Origin: Candidatus Harrisonbacteria bacterium | GTDB taxonomy: Bacteria; Patescibacteriota; Minisyncoccia; UBA6257; WO2-44-18 | Length of the DNA stretch: 64,000 nucleotides | Direction: 5' to 3' | Assembly (NCBI GenBank): GCA_016182295.1 | Contig: JACOXP010000007.1 | Span: 11,457 to 75,456, forward strand | Shown here: positions 1-9,868 of the stretch, piece after piece | Layout: each line of letters begins with the position of its first letter | How positions within the stretch are numbered: the stretch's first letter is position 1 | The notes under the pieces: model-generated | What the model was told of the DNA's origin: nothing | Databases searched by the model: none | What the model saw: the letters and a program-made list of their open reading frames with translations, nothing else | Translations under genes and position numbers: made by a program

Positions 1-1117
1 CTTGAGAAATCGGCAGGGTCTTTCTGACCAATCTTTCGATATCGCGCAATTCCCGTCGCTGATCCGGCGTTACCAATGAAATGGCGTGCCCGCCGGCTCC
101 CGCGCGGGCGGTGCGGCCGATGCGGTGCACGTAATCCTCGGTGTTGCTTGGCAAATCAAAATTTAATACTAACTCAATGCCGGTAACATCGATGCCTCTT
201 GAAGCGATATCCGTCGCTATCAATACCCGATATCTTCCGAATTTAAAACCATCCAAAGCGTCTCGGCGTTGTTTTAAAGAACGGTTGGAGTGCAACTCCG
301 CGGCGGTATGTCCCATTTCGCGAACTATTCTGCTCAATTTTTTCGCTCCGAATTTTGTTCTGGTGAAAATCAAGGTCGAGCCGGAGTATTGCTGAAGCAG
401 TTTCTCCACCAAGCGAATTTTTGATTCTTTGGAAATAATAAATATTTCCTGCGTTACTTTTTCCACAGTCGTGCCGGACGGAGCCACCTCCACCCGAATC
501 GGCAGTTTCATGTGGGCAGTCGCTATTTTCATAATTTCCGGAGGCAGAGTGGCGGAAAAAAGCATTGTTTGCCGGTCGCGCGGAAGCGCTTGGAAGATTT
601 GTCGCATCTGCGGCGCGAACCCCATGTCAAACATGCGATCTGCTTCGTCCAGCACGGCAATTTTTACGTCATCTAAACGCAAGGTCTTCTGATTCAAATG
701 ATCAATGAGTCTTCCGGGCGTGGCAATAATAATTTTGGGGTCTCGAGCGAGATCTTTTTTTTGCGGCCACATCGGGGCGCCGCCGATCAACACCGCCGTG
801 CGCATCCCCAAATCCGATCCAACTTTTCGCAATGCTTCGTCTACTTGAAGCGCCAACTCGCGGGTCGGCAAGACGATTAAACCCCGATCCTTAGTATTGC
901 GGAGAATCTGAATCATCGGAATACCAAAAGCGAGCGTCTTGCCGGTACCGGTTTGAGCCACTCCAACCACGTCTTTGCCCTGAACGGCTACGGGAATAGC
1001 TTGCTGTTGAATTGGCGTCGGATTTTTATAGCCCAGTTTTTCCAGTTTGCTCAAAAGCGCCGGAGCAATACCCAGCGACATGAAACCCGGTATCGGTGGT
1101 TGAGGAGTTTTGTTCAT
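1..1117 (-). CDS. DEAD-box RNA helicase (RhlE-like); 3' end runs off the window
   Basis: Manual translation of the minus strand from ATG at 1117: Q motif PTPIQQQAIP, AQTGTGKT, VLDEADRM, FSAT, HRIGRTARAG. Missing from the ORF track because it is truncated. Confidence 0.95.
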   Translation of the reverse strand, partial: MNKTPQPPIPGFMSLGIAPALLSKLEKLGYKNPTPIQQQAIPVAVQGKDVVGVAQTGTGKTLAFGIPMIQILRNTKDRGLIVLPTRELALQVDEALRKVGSDLGMRTAVLIGGAPMWPQKKDLARDPKIIIATPGRLIDHLNQKTLRLDDVKIAVLDEADRMFDMGFAPQMRQIFQALPRDRQTMLFSATLPPEIMKIATAHMKLPIRVEVAPSGTTVEKVTQEIFIISKESKIRLVEKLLQQYSGSTLIFTRTKFGAKKLSRIVREMGHTAAELHSNRSLKQRRDALDGFKFGRYRVLIATDIASRGIDVTGIELVLNFDLPSNTEDYVHRIGRTARAGAGGHAISLVTPDQRRELRDIERLVRKTLPISQ

Positions 1118-1125
1118 TTTTCTAA

Positions 1126-2076
1126 TTATATCCTATTAAGGATCTTTTTTACGTTTTCCATGCTTTCCCAATCGTGAGTGGAAATAACAATAGCGTTGGG
1201 GTCTATTTTTTTCAACGCCTTGAGCTTTTCTTTTATTTCTTCCGGCGGCAATAAATCGCTTTTGCTTAAAAATAAATATTCAGGTTTTTTCGTTAATTCT
1301 TGATTGAAATTTGAAAGCTCGGTTTTAATTATTTTGTAATCTTGCTCCAGGTTTTCGGATTCCGCGGAAATTAAATGGAAAAGGATTTTTGTCCGTTCAA
1401 TGTGCCGCAAGAATTTTATTCCCAATCCCTTGCCGGCTGACGCTCCTTCAATAAGTCCGGGAATGTCCGCCAAAATCAATTTGTAATAAGCGCCCAAATT
1501 CGGCTCCAGAGTGGTGAAGGGATAGTTCGCTACTCTGCTTTTAGCTTTGGTCAATTCGTTTAGTAAACTGGACTTCCCGGCATTGGGCAGACCGATAATT
1601 CCGACATCCGCGATTAATTTGAGCTCTAATCGAATAGTGAAGCTTTCCCCTTCCTTGCCGTATTGAAATTCCGTGGGGCTGGTTCGATGCGGCGCTCGGA
1701 ATTTGAAATTGCCTTTACCGCCATGTCCGCCTTGAGCCGCTAAAACTCTTTCCCCGCTTTTTACGATTTCCAGAACTTCTCCGGCTTCAATTTTATGAAT
1801 TACCGTGCCAACCGGAACTTTTAAAATTAAATCCGCGCCGTCTTTGCCATCGCGGTATTGGCTTCGGCCGTCCGATCCATCTTTGGCAATGGCTTCTTTT
1901 TTATTTCTAAACTGAATTAGCGCGATTAAGTCAGGAACGCCTTCAAAATAAATACTGCCGCCATTGCCGCCGTCGGCGCCAGTCGGCCCAAGAGCCAATT
2001 TATTCTTTTCAAAAGCCACCGCGCCTTTCCCGCCGTTTCCGGCGCGGACTTTGATAGTTACATCGTCGATTAACAT
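1126..2076 (-). CDS. obgE: GTPase ObgE/CgtA (short form, no C-terminal domain)
   Basis: Gly-rich Obg fold (AGNGGKG, GGHGGKGN), LELKLIADVG, GLPNAGKSS, YPFTT, DIPGLIEGA. Confidence 0.97.
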   Translation of the reverse strand: MLIDDVTIKVRAGNGGKGAVAFEKNKLALGPTGADGGNGGSIYFEGVPDLIALIQFRNKKEAIAKDGSDGRSQYRDGKDGADLILKVPVGTVIHKIEAGEVLEIVKSGERVLAAQGGHGGKGNFKFRAPHRTSPTEFQYGKEGESFTIRLELKLIADVGIIGLPNAGKSSLLNELTKAKSRVANYPFTTLEPNLGAYYKLILADIPGLIEGASAGKGLGIKFLRHIERTKILFHLISAESENLEQDYKIIKTELSNFNQELTKKPEYLFLSKSDLLPPEEIKEKLKALKKIDPNAIVISTHDWESMENVKKILNRI

Positions 2077-2228
2077 GTCGGTGCGCAGTATAAGCTAAAA
2101 TGAAGCTAACTACAAGGCGGGCAGTGTCGGTCTGGGGATAACTATTGACTTTCAATAACTACTTGTTAGTATACTATTATCACCACGAAAAAGACCCTTG
2201 CGCAGATACGTCTGCGCCGGGGGCTTTT

Positions 2229-2750
2229 TCATTTTGGGCTTCTAAACAGTAATTTATGCTTCATATCTTCGAGATAAATAATCGGCGCCCCTGTCCGTTT
2301 TAACAGAATTGAACATTTGGCGATAGGCGCGGGAGAAACGATGACACAAGGTATTTTCTTCTCCTGCCAAAAACGAACAAGAGACGCGTAGTCCCCATCG
2401 CTTGCAACGAGAAGAACGGCTTCAGGACAAGCTTCATAGTAATCCTTCATAGCTTGGAGCACTAAATCCGCATCGCAGTTTCCCTTCGCTTTCCCAGATC
2501 CATCGTAAACAATTTCTTTAAATACTAATTTATACCCCGTGGACTGCAACGAGGTATATAAATCGGCATGTTTCGACATAAGCCCGATGAATAAATATGC
2601 CTCCGTAACACTAAATTTTTGACGTATCCATGACCTAAACCTCCGGTAATCAAGTTTCCACATAGATGACTCGACGCCTTTATGTAAATTGGCGCCGTCG
2701 ATATAGGCGTAATTTTTGAATTCTTTTTGCATTTTAAAGTAATTCGTCAA
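2229..2750 (-). CDS. NYN/LabA-DUF88 domain protein (PIN-like RNase fold); likely start 2732
   Basis: YIDGANL, KGNCDADL, ASDGDY motifs. Confidence 0.88.
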   Translation of the reverse strand: MTNYFKMQKEFKNYAYIDGANLHKGVESSMWKLDYRRFRSWIRQKFSVTEAYLFIGLMSKHADLYTSLQSTGYKLVFKEIVYDGSGKAKGNCDADLVLQAMKDYYEACPEAVLLVASDGDYASLVRFWQEKKIPCVIVSPAPIAKCSILLKRTGAPIIYLEDMKHKLLFRSPK

Positions 2751-3372
2751 TGAGATTTTTAATACTCCTATCCTTCAGCCACAACTTTTTAATTTTACCC
2801 CTCATTTCCTGATGTTGCGGATATCCTTTGTCTATTTCCCCACCCATTAAATCCGAAAATTCAATATTTAATAATTCTGTGAGGGATTCTTTAATATCAT
2901 TATATAAATCTTTTGCTATGCCATCTTCTAATAACTTTTTACCAAACGCATAGTAAGTATAAAAATGAAAGATCTCGTGCATGATTATGTTATTTGAAAA
3001 TTGCGACCCGATTTTTACAAAAAAGTAATTTTCTTGAGTATTGTAAGTACAGCGCTCGTTGTTCGTTAAATAAACGGTAATTGTGCCCGCAGGGTACTTA
3101 ATCCCAAAAGTTTTCTCTGCTCTTTCAATAAAGACGTTTTCAATTTTGAGCCACTTATTACGAATAGAATTTATTTCTTTTTCTACATCAATTTTATTTG
3201 TTTTGATGTGTTCCTCAATAAAATGTTTTATTTTCTCTACATCAAAATTTTCCCCGTTAATTTTAGTGTACAGATTTTGAAATTCCGTATAATTTTTTCT
3301 ATTTACGGACTTAGTTGATTTTGTGAAATTCTCCACGTCCTTTGTTAAATCGTAATAGAAAACTAGCTGCAT
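2734..3372 (-). CDS. Hypothetical protein with HExxH zinc-metallopeptidase-like motif
   Basis: IIMHEIFHFY followed by downstream KESLT; AT-rich. Confidence 0.6.
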   Translation of the reverse strand: MQLVFYYDLTKDVENFTKSTKSVNRKNYTEFQNLYTKINGENFDVEKIKHFIEEHIKTNKIDVEKEINSIRNKWLKIENVFIERAEKTFGIKYPAGTITVYLTNNERCTYNTQENYFFVKIGSQFSNNIIMHEIFHFYTYYAFGKKLLEDGIAKDLYNDIKESLTELLNIEFSDLMGGEIDKGYPQHQEMRGKIKKLWLKDRSIKNLIDELL

Positions 3373-3524
3373 ATTTCTATAGTATCTTATTATCGCAAAA
3401 CAAAAAAAGCCTGTAGACGAAGCACCTCGGTCTCTCGATAAAAAATGTTGACTGCGGTGAAATTATATCCTTTGCGCGAATCTTTTTTGAGGAACATTAT
3501 AAAACGGCGCTACTCGCTCCCTTA

Positions 3525-4706
3525 CTAAAATCTATGTTTGAATGCTCTCCTAAAACCAGCGTCTTCGGCTTCCTTGACGGTAAACGCGTAAAACTCACCT
3601 TCTTTATCGCCAACTATCGTTCGGTCGTATTGTTGATCCATAGGCAGGTGATAAATTTTGGTCTTTCGACCAGTTTCATCAACATTGATGTTGCATTTTA
3701 TTCTCGGAAACTCGCCAAGTGGTTTGTTTTCAATCACTTCTACACTCAACGCTTGTGCCATCTCTTTTGCCTTTTGTGATAAACTCGTCGAGGTAAAGAA
3801 TATTGGTCTTAAATGTTGCTCGTTGAGCAACTTTGAAAATGCCTCAAAACTTTTCTGATTGCGAGCACCACCGAAATATCTAATCCAATATTCCATTGTC
3901 GTTCCGAACAACTGGAAAACGTGTTTTTCGTGTATCTCTTTGTATTGTGCCCAGTGCTTACATTGGACAATACAGACATCGCCTCCCTTTGTTGCGATAA
4001 TGTCTCGACCGAGGTCTTCGAATCCGTCAATAATGCCTTTGTAGTGGATGTTGTACCCTTTTTGCGAGAATAGGTATCCGACATACATTTCATAATCTCT
4101 CCCGATAGCCCATTTTGATTTATTACGGTTTTTCAAATATCTATCTAACGCTCTTTGATTGCGCTCAACAGAAGGCAGACTTCTGTATTCTTCTGGGGTT
4201 AGATAATCTTTTACCCTGTCTTCATTTTCACCTTCTTCCGCTTCTCCGTCTACGCGAACAGGAATTTCCTCGTTTTCGTTTTCTGCAATTAGTTCAGAAA
4301 TCCACGGGAAAAGTTTCTCTAAGTAATGGAGTTTATAAAGGATAACTTTATTTTGTTTTAATAATTCTCGTTTTTCTTTCTTGATTTCTCGAACGGCTTC
4401 TGCGGCTGTATAGGCGGGGTGTCTTTTGTGTGTTAAATAATCTGCAAGTTTTCCGTCTCGCAATGCAAAATAATCCGCATACGCCTCAGCAAGCCACGGA
4501 AAGCCCATTGAACGCTGGCGCGTGATTTTTTCAATATGTTCGTGGGTAGCTTTCTTTTCTTTGGCAAATTTTTCTTTTTCGATATTGAGCGCATCAAGTT
4601 CGGGTTTCAACTTTCGATATAACTTGGCATCGGCAAAAGCATCTCGTATCCATGAGATAATCCCAAAGAGGATAAACAAACCTACGATTGCGAGTATCAA
4701 TTCCAT
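3525..4706 (-). CDS. Membrane-anchored Mrr-like PD-(D/E)xK restriction endonuclease domain protein
   Basis: N-terminal TM helix, coiled coil, GRDYEMYV...DLGRDIIA...VQCKHW (Mrr_cat-like), C-terminal KIYHLP...EAEDAGFRRA module. Confidence 0.75.
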   Translation of the reverse strand: MELILAIVGLFILFGIISWIRDAFADAKLYRKLKPELDALNIEKEKFAKEKKATHEHIEKITRQRSMGFPWLAEAYADYFALRDGKLADYLTHKRHPAYTAAEAVREIKKEKRELLKQNKVILYKLHYLEKLFPWISELIAENENEEIPVRVDGEAEEGENEDRVKDYLTPEEYRSLPSVERNQRALDRYLKNRNKSKWAIGRDYEMYVGYLFSQKGYNIHYKGIIDGFEDLGRDIIATKGGDVCIVQCKHWAQYKEIHEKHVFQLFGTTMEYWIRYFGGARNQKSFEAFSKLLNEQHLRPIFFTSTSLSQKAKEMAQALSVEVIENKPLGEFPRIKCNINVDETGRKTKIYHLPMDQQYDRTIVGDKEGEFYAFTVKEAEDAGFRRAFKHRF

Positions 4707-4711
4707 AATTT

Positions 4712-5124
4712 TTATGTCCGCATATCAAATTTTTCGGAAAATGTTTGGTCCGACAAATCGGCGAGAAGCATCCTTTTTTCTTGTTCTATCAATTTCATCA
4801 TGGCATCCGGTGTCATTTTTAACGAAATCGTTCCATAGAGATTTGTCGGCGCAACATGAGAATATCTTTTCGCAGCAATTTGTACGAAGTTTTTGTATAG
4901 CTCGCTCTTTTCTAAGTTCGAGGCTTTATCGAACAAAAAACTAAGTGCAATGGCGCGCTTCCATGCATGGCGGTATAAAGCCGCTTCCTGATTTTTTGAC
5001 GCTCTCGGCGTGAACGGCTTTGTTTCGAGTAAAAACTGTTCAAAGCGTTCTTCAAGACGCTTCCGAGCCTCGGCGCGTTCAAGTCGTTTTTTTTCCAGTT
5101 ATCAATAAAAGATCTAATACCCAT
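4712..5124 (-). pseudogene. Probable single hypothetical gene split by a frameshift (ORFs 4912-5124 and 4712-4936)
   Basis: Two short same-strand ORFs overlap across a T6 run at 4935-4940 (coding strand). Confidence 0.4.
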
Positions 5125-5210
5125 ATGTAAACATTGTAAAGTTTTCTTGAGGTTTTTCCCAAAGTACGGTTTAATGGGAATCGGTCGGGCACAAAATAAG
5201 GGATTTTAAA

Positions 5211-5669
5211 CTAAGTGTCGCTTCGTGAAGAACCAGGAAGATTTTTCGAAATTTCTCTGTGTTCACTTATGCCTCTTGGCATATAATTGCCCATCCGGAG
5301 AACATGCCCGATAGCCGAAATGAAATTGTATTTCTTTGCATACTTTATGAATTTTTTATTCTCCTCGACCATATTTTGTGCCTCAACATATTTCATGAAG
5401 TTATCGGCACCATCACTAAGGGTTTGAGGGGTTATCGATTTCTCAACCAGTTGAGCCATTTTTTTAAGTAATTCTTCTTGAAGCGGCAATGAGCGTTCTA
5501 TTTCATCAGCGTATGCCGACAAACGCCTTTTCTCCTTTTTTGAAAATAGATATATAAGAATAGCGATTGGTGTTGCACCACCAACTACTGTAAAGAAGGA
5601 AGACACAAAAGGCACCATGATATTATTTGAAGCGAACTGCGTCAACAAATTCAAGAAATAAATTAGCAT
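5211..5669 (-). CDS. Hypothetical membrane protein
   Basis: 152-aa ORF with hydrophobic N-terminal segment, same strand as neighbours. Confidence 0.55.
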   Translation of the reverse strand: MLIYFLNLLTQFASNNIMVPFVSSFFTVVGGATPIAILIYLFSKKEKRRLSAYADEIERSLPLQEELLKKMAQLVEKSITPQTLSDGADNFMKYVEAQNMVEENKKFIKYAKKYNFISAIGHVLRMGNYMPRGISEHREISKNLPGSSRSDT

Positions 5670-5960
5670 GTCTAAAAAGTTTGATTAATTGCCGAGCTTG
5701 CCCGGTCTCTCGAACGGGCGCTCAATCCTGCGGTGTGTCTCGGACTTGAACTTGGCTAATGCAAGCAGTATAAGGCTTTTTTGAGCGTCTGAAAAGAACT
5801 GAACTTGAGGCACTCGGGTTAGAAGATGCTTTTATTGTAGCTGAGTTTCGCATCAATTAAGTTGATGCGCCACCTATTTTAATCTTTCAATCTCCACCTT
5901 GTAAGGATATTCTAGCGAGTTTTTTCGGTGCTGGGTGAGGTCTCCGGGTCGGCATCTGTT

Positions 5961-6590
5961 TCAGTAAGACAAAAGGGGGCAAAAGAAGATAAGATACAAA
6001 AAGTCAAAAACAAAGAAAGAACTAAAAAGTACGAGCGTTCCTGTAATCATCAACACGTACACAGTCCGAGAATATATAGAAGGAATAGATCTATCTTTTT
6101 CGGTCTTAAAAAGATTTATGGATTCTTTATCAATCTCATTTAATTCTTTAAAAGCTGTTTTGCTGATGGTACGGGTAGAAATCCAACTATTGTAGAGAAC
6201 CATGAATTTCTCGTTTCTTTTTTCGTAAAACTCAATCAGTTTACGACGTTCGTCTTCAATTGATTTAAATTCTGCTTGGTATTTCTGCTGTGTCCAAAAG
6301 AGCCCGTAGAAAAGAGAGCCAAGCAAAAGAATTTCTCCGACAAAGAAAAGAGGAACGCTTTGGACATACCCAAAAGCTGTAAAACCAAAACCAGCTATTA
6401 AACCAACTGCACCGATAACTGTTGCAGCAAACCCGATGGACTTAAAGTAAATATCCAACTGTTTTGTTCCTAAATCCTCAAGAACTCGTCCTTGGAGCTG
6501 CAGGCTATTCGAGCCGAAATTGTCGTAAAATTCCTTAAACAACGTATCGTCCAAAAGAATTTGGTCTGGATTTTCGTGCGGTTTTTGCAT
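5961..6590 (-). CDS. Hypothetical membrane protein (about 3 TM)
   Basis: 209-aa ORF with a TM pair, a coiled segment and a C-terminal TM. Confidence 0.7.
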   Translation of the reverse strand: MQKPHENPDQILLDDTLFKEFYDNFGSNSLQLQGRVLEDLGTKQLDIYFKSIGFAATVIGAVGLIAGFGFTAFGYVQSVPLFFVGEILLLGSLFYGLFWTQQKYQAEFKSIEDERRKLIEFYEKRNEKFMVLYNSWISTRTISKTAFKELNEIDKESINLFKTEKDRSIPSIYSRTVYVLMITGTLVLFSSFFVFDFLYLIFFCPLLSY

Positions 6591-6747
6591 GTTTGAATCC
6601 TATCTTAGATATCAATATTTAGTTAATCGGGTCTTCCGATACTTTTTGCTACGGGCGAGCTTCTCGCGGATGGAACTGTGGACGGTCAAGCCTGGTAAGG
6701 TCATTTTACATTTTTTCAGAATATAAATCGAAGGCTCTAACAGCGCC

Positions 6748-7395
6748 TTAGGTTTTAGATAAATTATCTGGGTATTTCTTATATATGTATTCCATTATGT
6801 CCTTACTAAGCTTTCTAGATATTTCTACAGCGTTAACTATATTTTCTTCATCTGATACAGATGGCCTGAGTTTTGTTGTCTCCTCATCTCTGAAATCATT
6901 TATATCGTATCTTATATTATTCAAATTATGGATAGTTACGAGTTTTTTATCTTCAAAATTTATTTCGTAAAATTTAAACACATCTTTATTTTTCAACTGA
7001 ATATTTTTAATACCAAACAAGTTCCTTGTGTCGGTGCTTTTTATTTTATTCCACAATACATCTAGTCGATGCCCTACCTTTACCTCTGATATCAAATCAT
7101 TCTCCGTGTTGTTTAATAATCCTATAAACATTAATGAGTTTAGAATCAGTTCGAAATTATAAGCAATTAAAATGTTGATCTGTCGTGAGTAAGGTGGTGA
7201 CACTGCCTCTGCTCGTAATGTACCGTGTGGATATTCATCTAGGCATCTGCGAACAAAACTGAAGCCGGTTTGTGCTCTAGAAACAGCGCCAACAGCCATA
7301 ACATCTTTAGTTTCCCAATCTTTGAAGAGTCCTTTTATCATATCGTGACCACTAAGGTAATAGAAGAAATAATAATAGCGACAATTGATAGCCAA
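6748..7395 (-). CDS. Hypothetical protein, HEPN-like; likely start 7341
   Basis: AYNFELILNS...GHRLDVLW...NIRY resembles the EL-x-LK / GH-x-L / RY pattern of HEPN proteins. Confidence 0.5.
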   Translation of the reverse strand: MAINCRYYYFFYYLSGHDMIKGLFKDWETKDVMAVGAVSRAQTGFSFVRRCLDEYPHGTLRAEAVSPPYSRQINILIAYNFELILNSLMFIGLLNNTENDLISEVKVGHRLDVLWNKIKSTDTRNLFGIKNIQLKNKDVFKFYEINFEDKKLVTIHNLNNIRYDINDFRDEETTKLRPSVSDEENIVNAVEISRKLSKDIMEYIYKKYPDNLSKT

Positions 7396-7709
7396 AAAGC
7401 GTTTTTTGCGTTTTTTCTTACTTCCTGTAATTCATCATGGTCAGTAATCTTAGAGACCAAATCTAGCGGGGGTATCCAAAGACCGCCTTCTTCTGTTTTA
7501 ACAAAACTCCTCGTGTGTTCTCTACCAACTGGTTTGTAAATTTCTTCATCATAAAATTGTTCAATATGCCTTTCATTTAGAGAATATGAAGGCCTTATAT
7601 ATTCCTCTAGCCCTTTCTTGGTAAATCCTCTTTCTGCATTATTTATACAATATCTAGCAGCTGCAATTTGCCAAGGCTCTTTTTGATAATTCTGATTGAG
7701 GAATTTCAT
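7338..7709 (-). CDS. Hypothetical protein with C-terminal TM anchor
   Basis: 123-aa ORF; stop overlaps the next start (ATGA). Confidence 0.65.
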   Translation of the reverse strand: MKFLNQNYQKEPWQIAAARYCINNAERGFTKKGLEEYIRPSYSLNERHIEQFYDEEIYKPVGREHTRSFVKTEEGGLWIPPLDLVSKITDHDELQEVRKNAKNAFWLSIVAIIISSITLVVTI

Positions 7710-7749
7710 TCTTGAATATATTTAACTTAATCAGATTTACTCTATGACT

Positions 7750-8109
7750 TTATGTATTGTCCGAGGGGGTATCAATTTTCTCTCGATCCTTTTGCTTTAT
7801 TTCCCTATTTGCTCCAGACGAAATGCGTCCATCAAATTCAAGCCAATCTGCAACGTCCATTTTGCCAGAAGTTAACTTCTGAAAATCCATTTCTTTCTTC
7901 TTTTCGTATTCGGCAGAGTGTTCTCTGTATAACATTATGACTTTTGTGAGAAAGCCGAGAACCACAAAGCTTAGGTAGATCCATCCACCCATTGTTTTCA
8001 ACAAATATTCATAAAAAGGCACAATAATAACAGTGGCTATTCCCAACCCGAACATCCACAGTAAAGAATATTTTATTGTATCTACGATCCAATCACTCTT
8101 ATTTCTCAT
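7750..8109 (-). CDS. Hypothetical 2-TM membrane protein
   Basis: 119-aa ORF with two hydrophobic helices. Confidence 0.6.
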   Translation of the reverse strand: MRNKSDWIVDTIKYSLLWMFGLGIATVIIVPFYEYLLKTMGGWIYLSFVVLGFLTKVIMLYREHSAEYEKKKEMDFQKLTSGKMDVADWLEFDGRISSGANREIKQKDREKIDTPSDNT

Positions 8110-8174
8110 ATTTTTATTCTATCGTAAGCACAAAGATTCATACAGCAACCTCTTCAAATTTGCATTTTCCCAAC

Positions 8175-8264
8175 TGGCGGAAGGGGTGGGATTCGAACCC
8201 ACGAGGCCCGTATAAGGGGCCAAGGTTTAGCAAACCTTTGCCTTAACCGCTAGGCTACCCTTCC
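8175..8264 (-). tRNA. tRNA-Ser(GCT)
   Basis: GGAAGGG/CCCTTCC acceptor stem, loop TTGCTAA, long variable arm, GGTTCGAATCC, encoded CCA. Confidence 0.97.
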
Positions 8265-8300
8265 ATAACGGCTTTACTTTCGATATAATATCACCGAAAA

Positions 8301-9503
8301 ATGAAACCGGCAATTGTGAAAAGAATAAGGGACGCCCCAAAAGATCCGGGGGTTTATATTTTCTATGGGAAGCAATCCAAAAAATCCAAATCGCATCCGA
8401 ATGCCACCAATACTCCTTTATACGTCGGCAAGGCGGCGAATTTGCGCGCGAGATTAAAATCCTATTTGAAAATTACGGACGCGAAAACTGACGCGCTCGA
8501 TAAAGAGGCAACCAAGCTTTCATATATGCCACTCCGCTCGGAAATCGAAGCGCTCATCGAAGAATCCCGCCTCATCAAAGAATTGAAACCGAAATACAAT
8601 ATTCTTTGGCAAGACGATAAATCTTATTTGTATGTAGGTATGACGCGTCATACCTATCCAAAGATTTTTATAACCCACAAGAACCTAGACCCTAAACGCT
8701 ATACTCTAAACCCTTCGTTAATTGGCCCATTTACCGACGGCAACGCCTTGCGCCTGGTAATGAAACTTCTCCGCCGCCATTTTCCTTATTGCACGTGTTT
8801 TCGGCCGCATCTACGCGATTGCTTAAACGCTCAAATCGGATTATGCCTTGGTTTTTGTTGCAAGAAAGATAGCTCGGGCAATTCGGAACAATACAAGAAA
8901 AATATTCACGCTATTAAAATGATTCTGCGCGGGCGGGGAAAGAAATTCCTAAAAAATATTTCTAACGAAAAAGAAAAATACGCTCTCAACAAAATAATGG
9001 AACATCGCGAATATATTCATTCCGAGAAATCAATTTTTCCGGAAGGCGCGAAAATTGAGTGCTACGATAATTCTCACCTTTCCGGCAAAGAAGCAGTCGG
9101 GGCGCTGACTGCTCTCGTTAAAAGGGGTGGGTCTTGGATGCCGGATAAAAATTCGTATCGAATGTTCAAAATAAAATCCGCGCCAACTCAAGACGATCCG
9201 CGCATGATTGCCGAAGTTCTCGAACGCAGATTGAAACACGTTGAGTGGCCGTATCCCGATCTAATAATCATTGACGGCGGCATCACGCAATACAAAGCCG
9301 CTCTGCGCGCGCGGGCAAAATTCCCGGAGGCCAAAAAAATAAAAATAGTTTCCTTCGCCAAACCGAATAAGCAAATCATCGGCTGGGAAAACGCGCCGGA
9401 GGAATTGAAAAAACTTGCCGAACAAGCCATCTATCAAACCCATAATTTCGTCATTCGCTATCATCGCCGAGTTCGCCAGAAAGCGATGTTTAATATAGAA
9501 TAA
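8301..9503 (+). CDS. uvrC: Excinuclease ABC subunit C (compact form)
   Basis: GIY-YIG domain (PGVYIF, YVGKAANLRARL, EALIEE, PKYN) and RNase H-like domain (IECYDNSHLSG, PDLIIIDGG). Confidence 0.9.
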   Translation: MKPAIVKRIRDAPKDPGVYIFYGKQSKKSKSHPNATNTPLYVGKAANLRARLKSYLKITDAKTDALDKEATKLSYMPLRSEIEALIEESRLIKELKPKYNILWQDDKSYLYVGMTRHTYPKIFITHKNLDPKRYTLNPSLIGPFTDGNALRLVMKLLRRHFPYCTCFRPHLRDCLNAQIGLCLGFCCKKDSSGNSEQYKKNIHAIKMILRGRGKKFLKNISNEKEKYALNKIMEHREYIHSEKSIFPEGAKIECYDNSHLSGKEAVGALTALVKRGGSWMPDKNSYRMFKIKSAPTQDDPRMIAEVLERRLKHVEWPYPDLIIIDGGITQYKAALRARAKFPEAKKIKIVSFAKPNKQIIGWENAPEELKKLAEQAIYQTHNFVIRYHRRVRQKAMFNIE

Positions 9504-9508
9504 AAGTA

Positions 9509-9868
9509 ATGATTGGCAAGATAATTCTCGGCCTCATTTCCAATTCCATCGCCCTTTTTTTAGTGAAACGCTTCGTTGACGGCATCGCTTTAACCGACGG
9601 CTGGGTGGGCATTGCCATCGTGGTTGTTCTTTTTACAGCCGCGAATTCGATTATTTTGCCGGTCGCCCGTTTTGTCTTCGCCCCCCTCAAATGGCTTACC
9701 CTTGGTTTGCTCCCCCTGGCTCTTAACGGCATTCTTATCTACATCGTTGACTTTCTGTCAGACGATATTACAATAAGTGGGTTCGTTCCTCTTTTAATCG
9801 CCACCGTAATCTTCGGGGTGATTAACGGGACTTTCGCCTACGGAGCGAAGGTATTAAAACAATCATGA
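9509..9868 (+). CDS. 4-TM membrane protein, YvlD/phage holin-like family
   Basis: N..I.P...F...PL..LTLGL...LNG pattern. Confidence 0.8.
   Translation: MIGKIILGLISNSIALFLVKRFVDGIALTDGWVGIAIVVVLFTAANSIILPVARFVFAPLKWLTLGLLPLALNGILIYIVDFLSDDITISGFVPLLIATVIFGVINGTFAYGAKVLKQS

Noticed and set aside
141-1177. Plus-strand short ORFs over the first 1.1 kb
   Set aside because: Antisense shadows of the DEAD-box helicase. The same applies to most short ORFs opposite gatA, ligA, the P-type ATPase, typA and the surface genes.
3428-5713. Shared 11-mer CGGTCTCTCGA in two island spacers as a possible att site
   Set aside because: Too short, with no extended similarity or palindromic structure; compatible with chance.
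9509-9868. Prophage suggested by the holin-like gene
   Set aside because: This membrane family sits in a housekeeping run (uvrC-secG-murD) and no phage structural genes are present.
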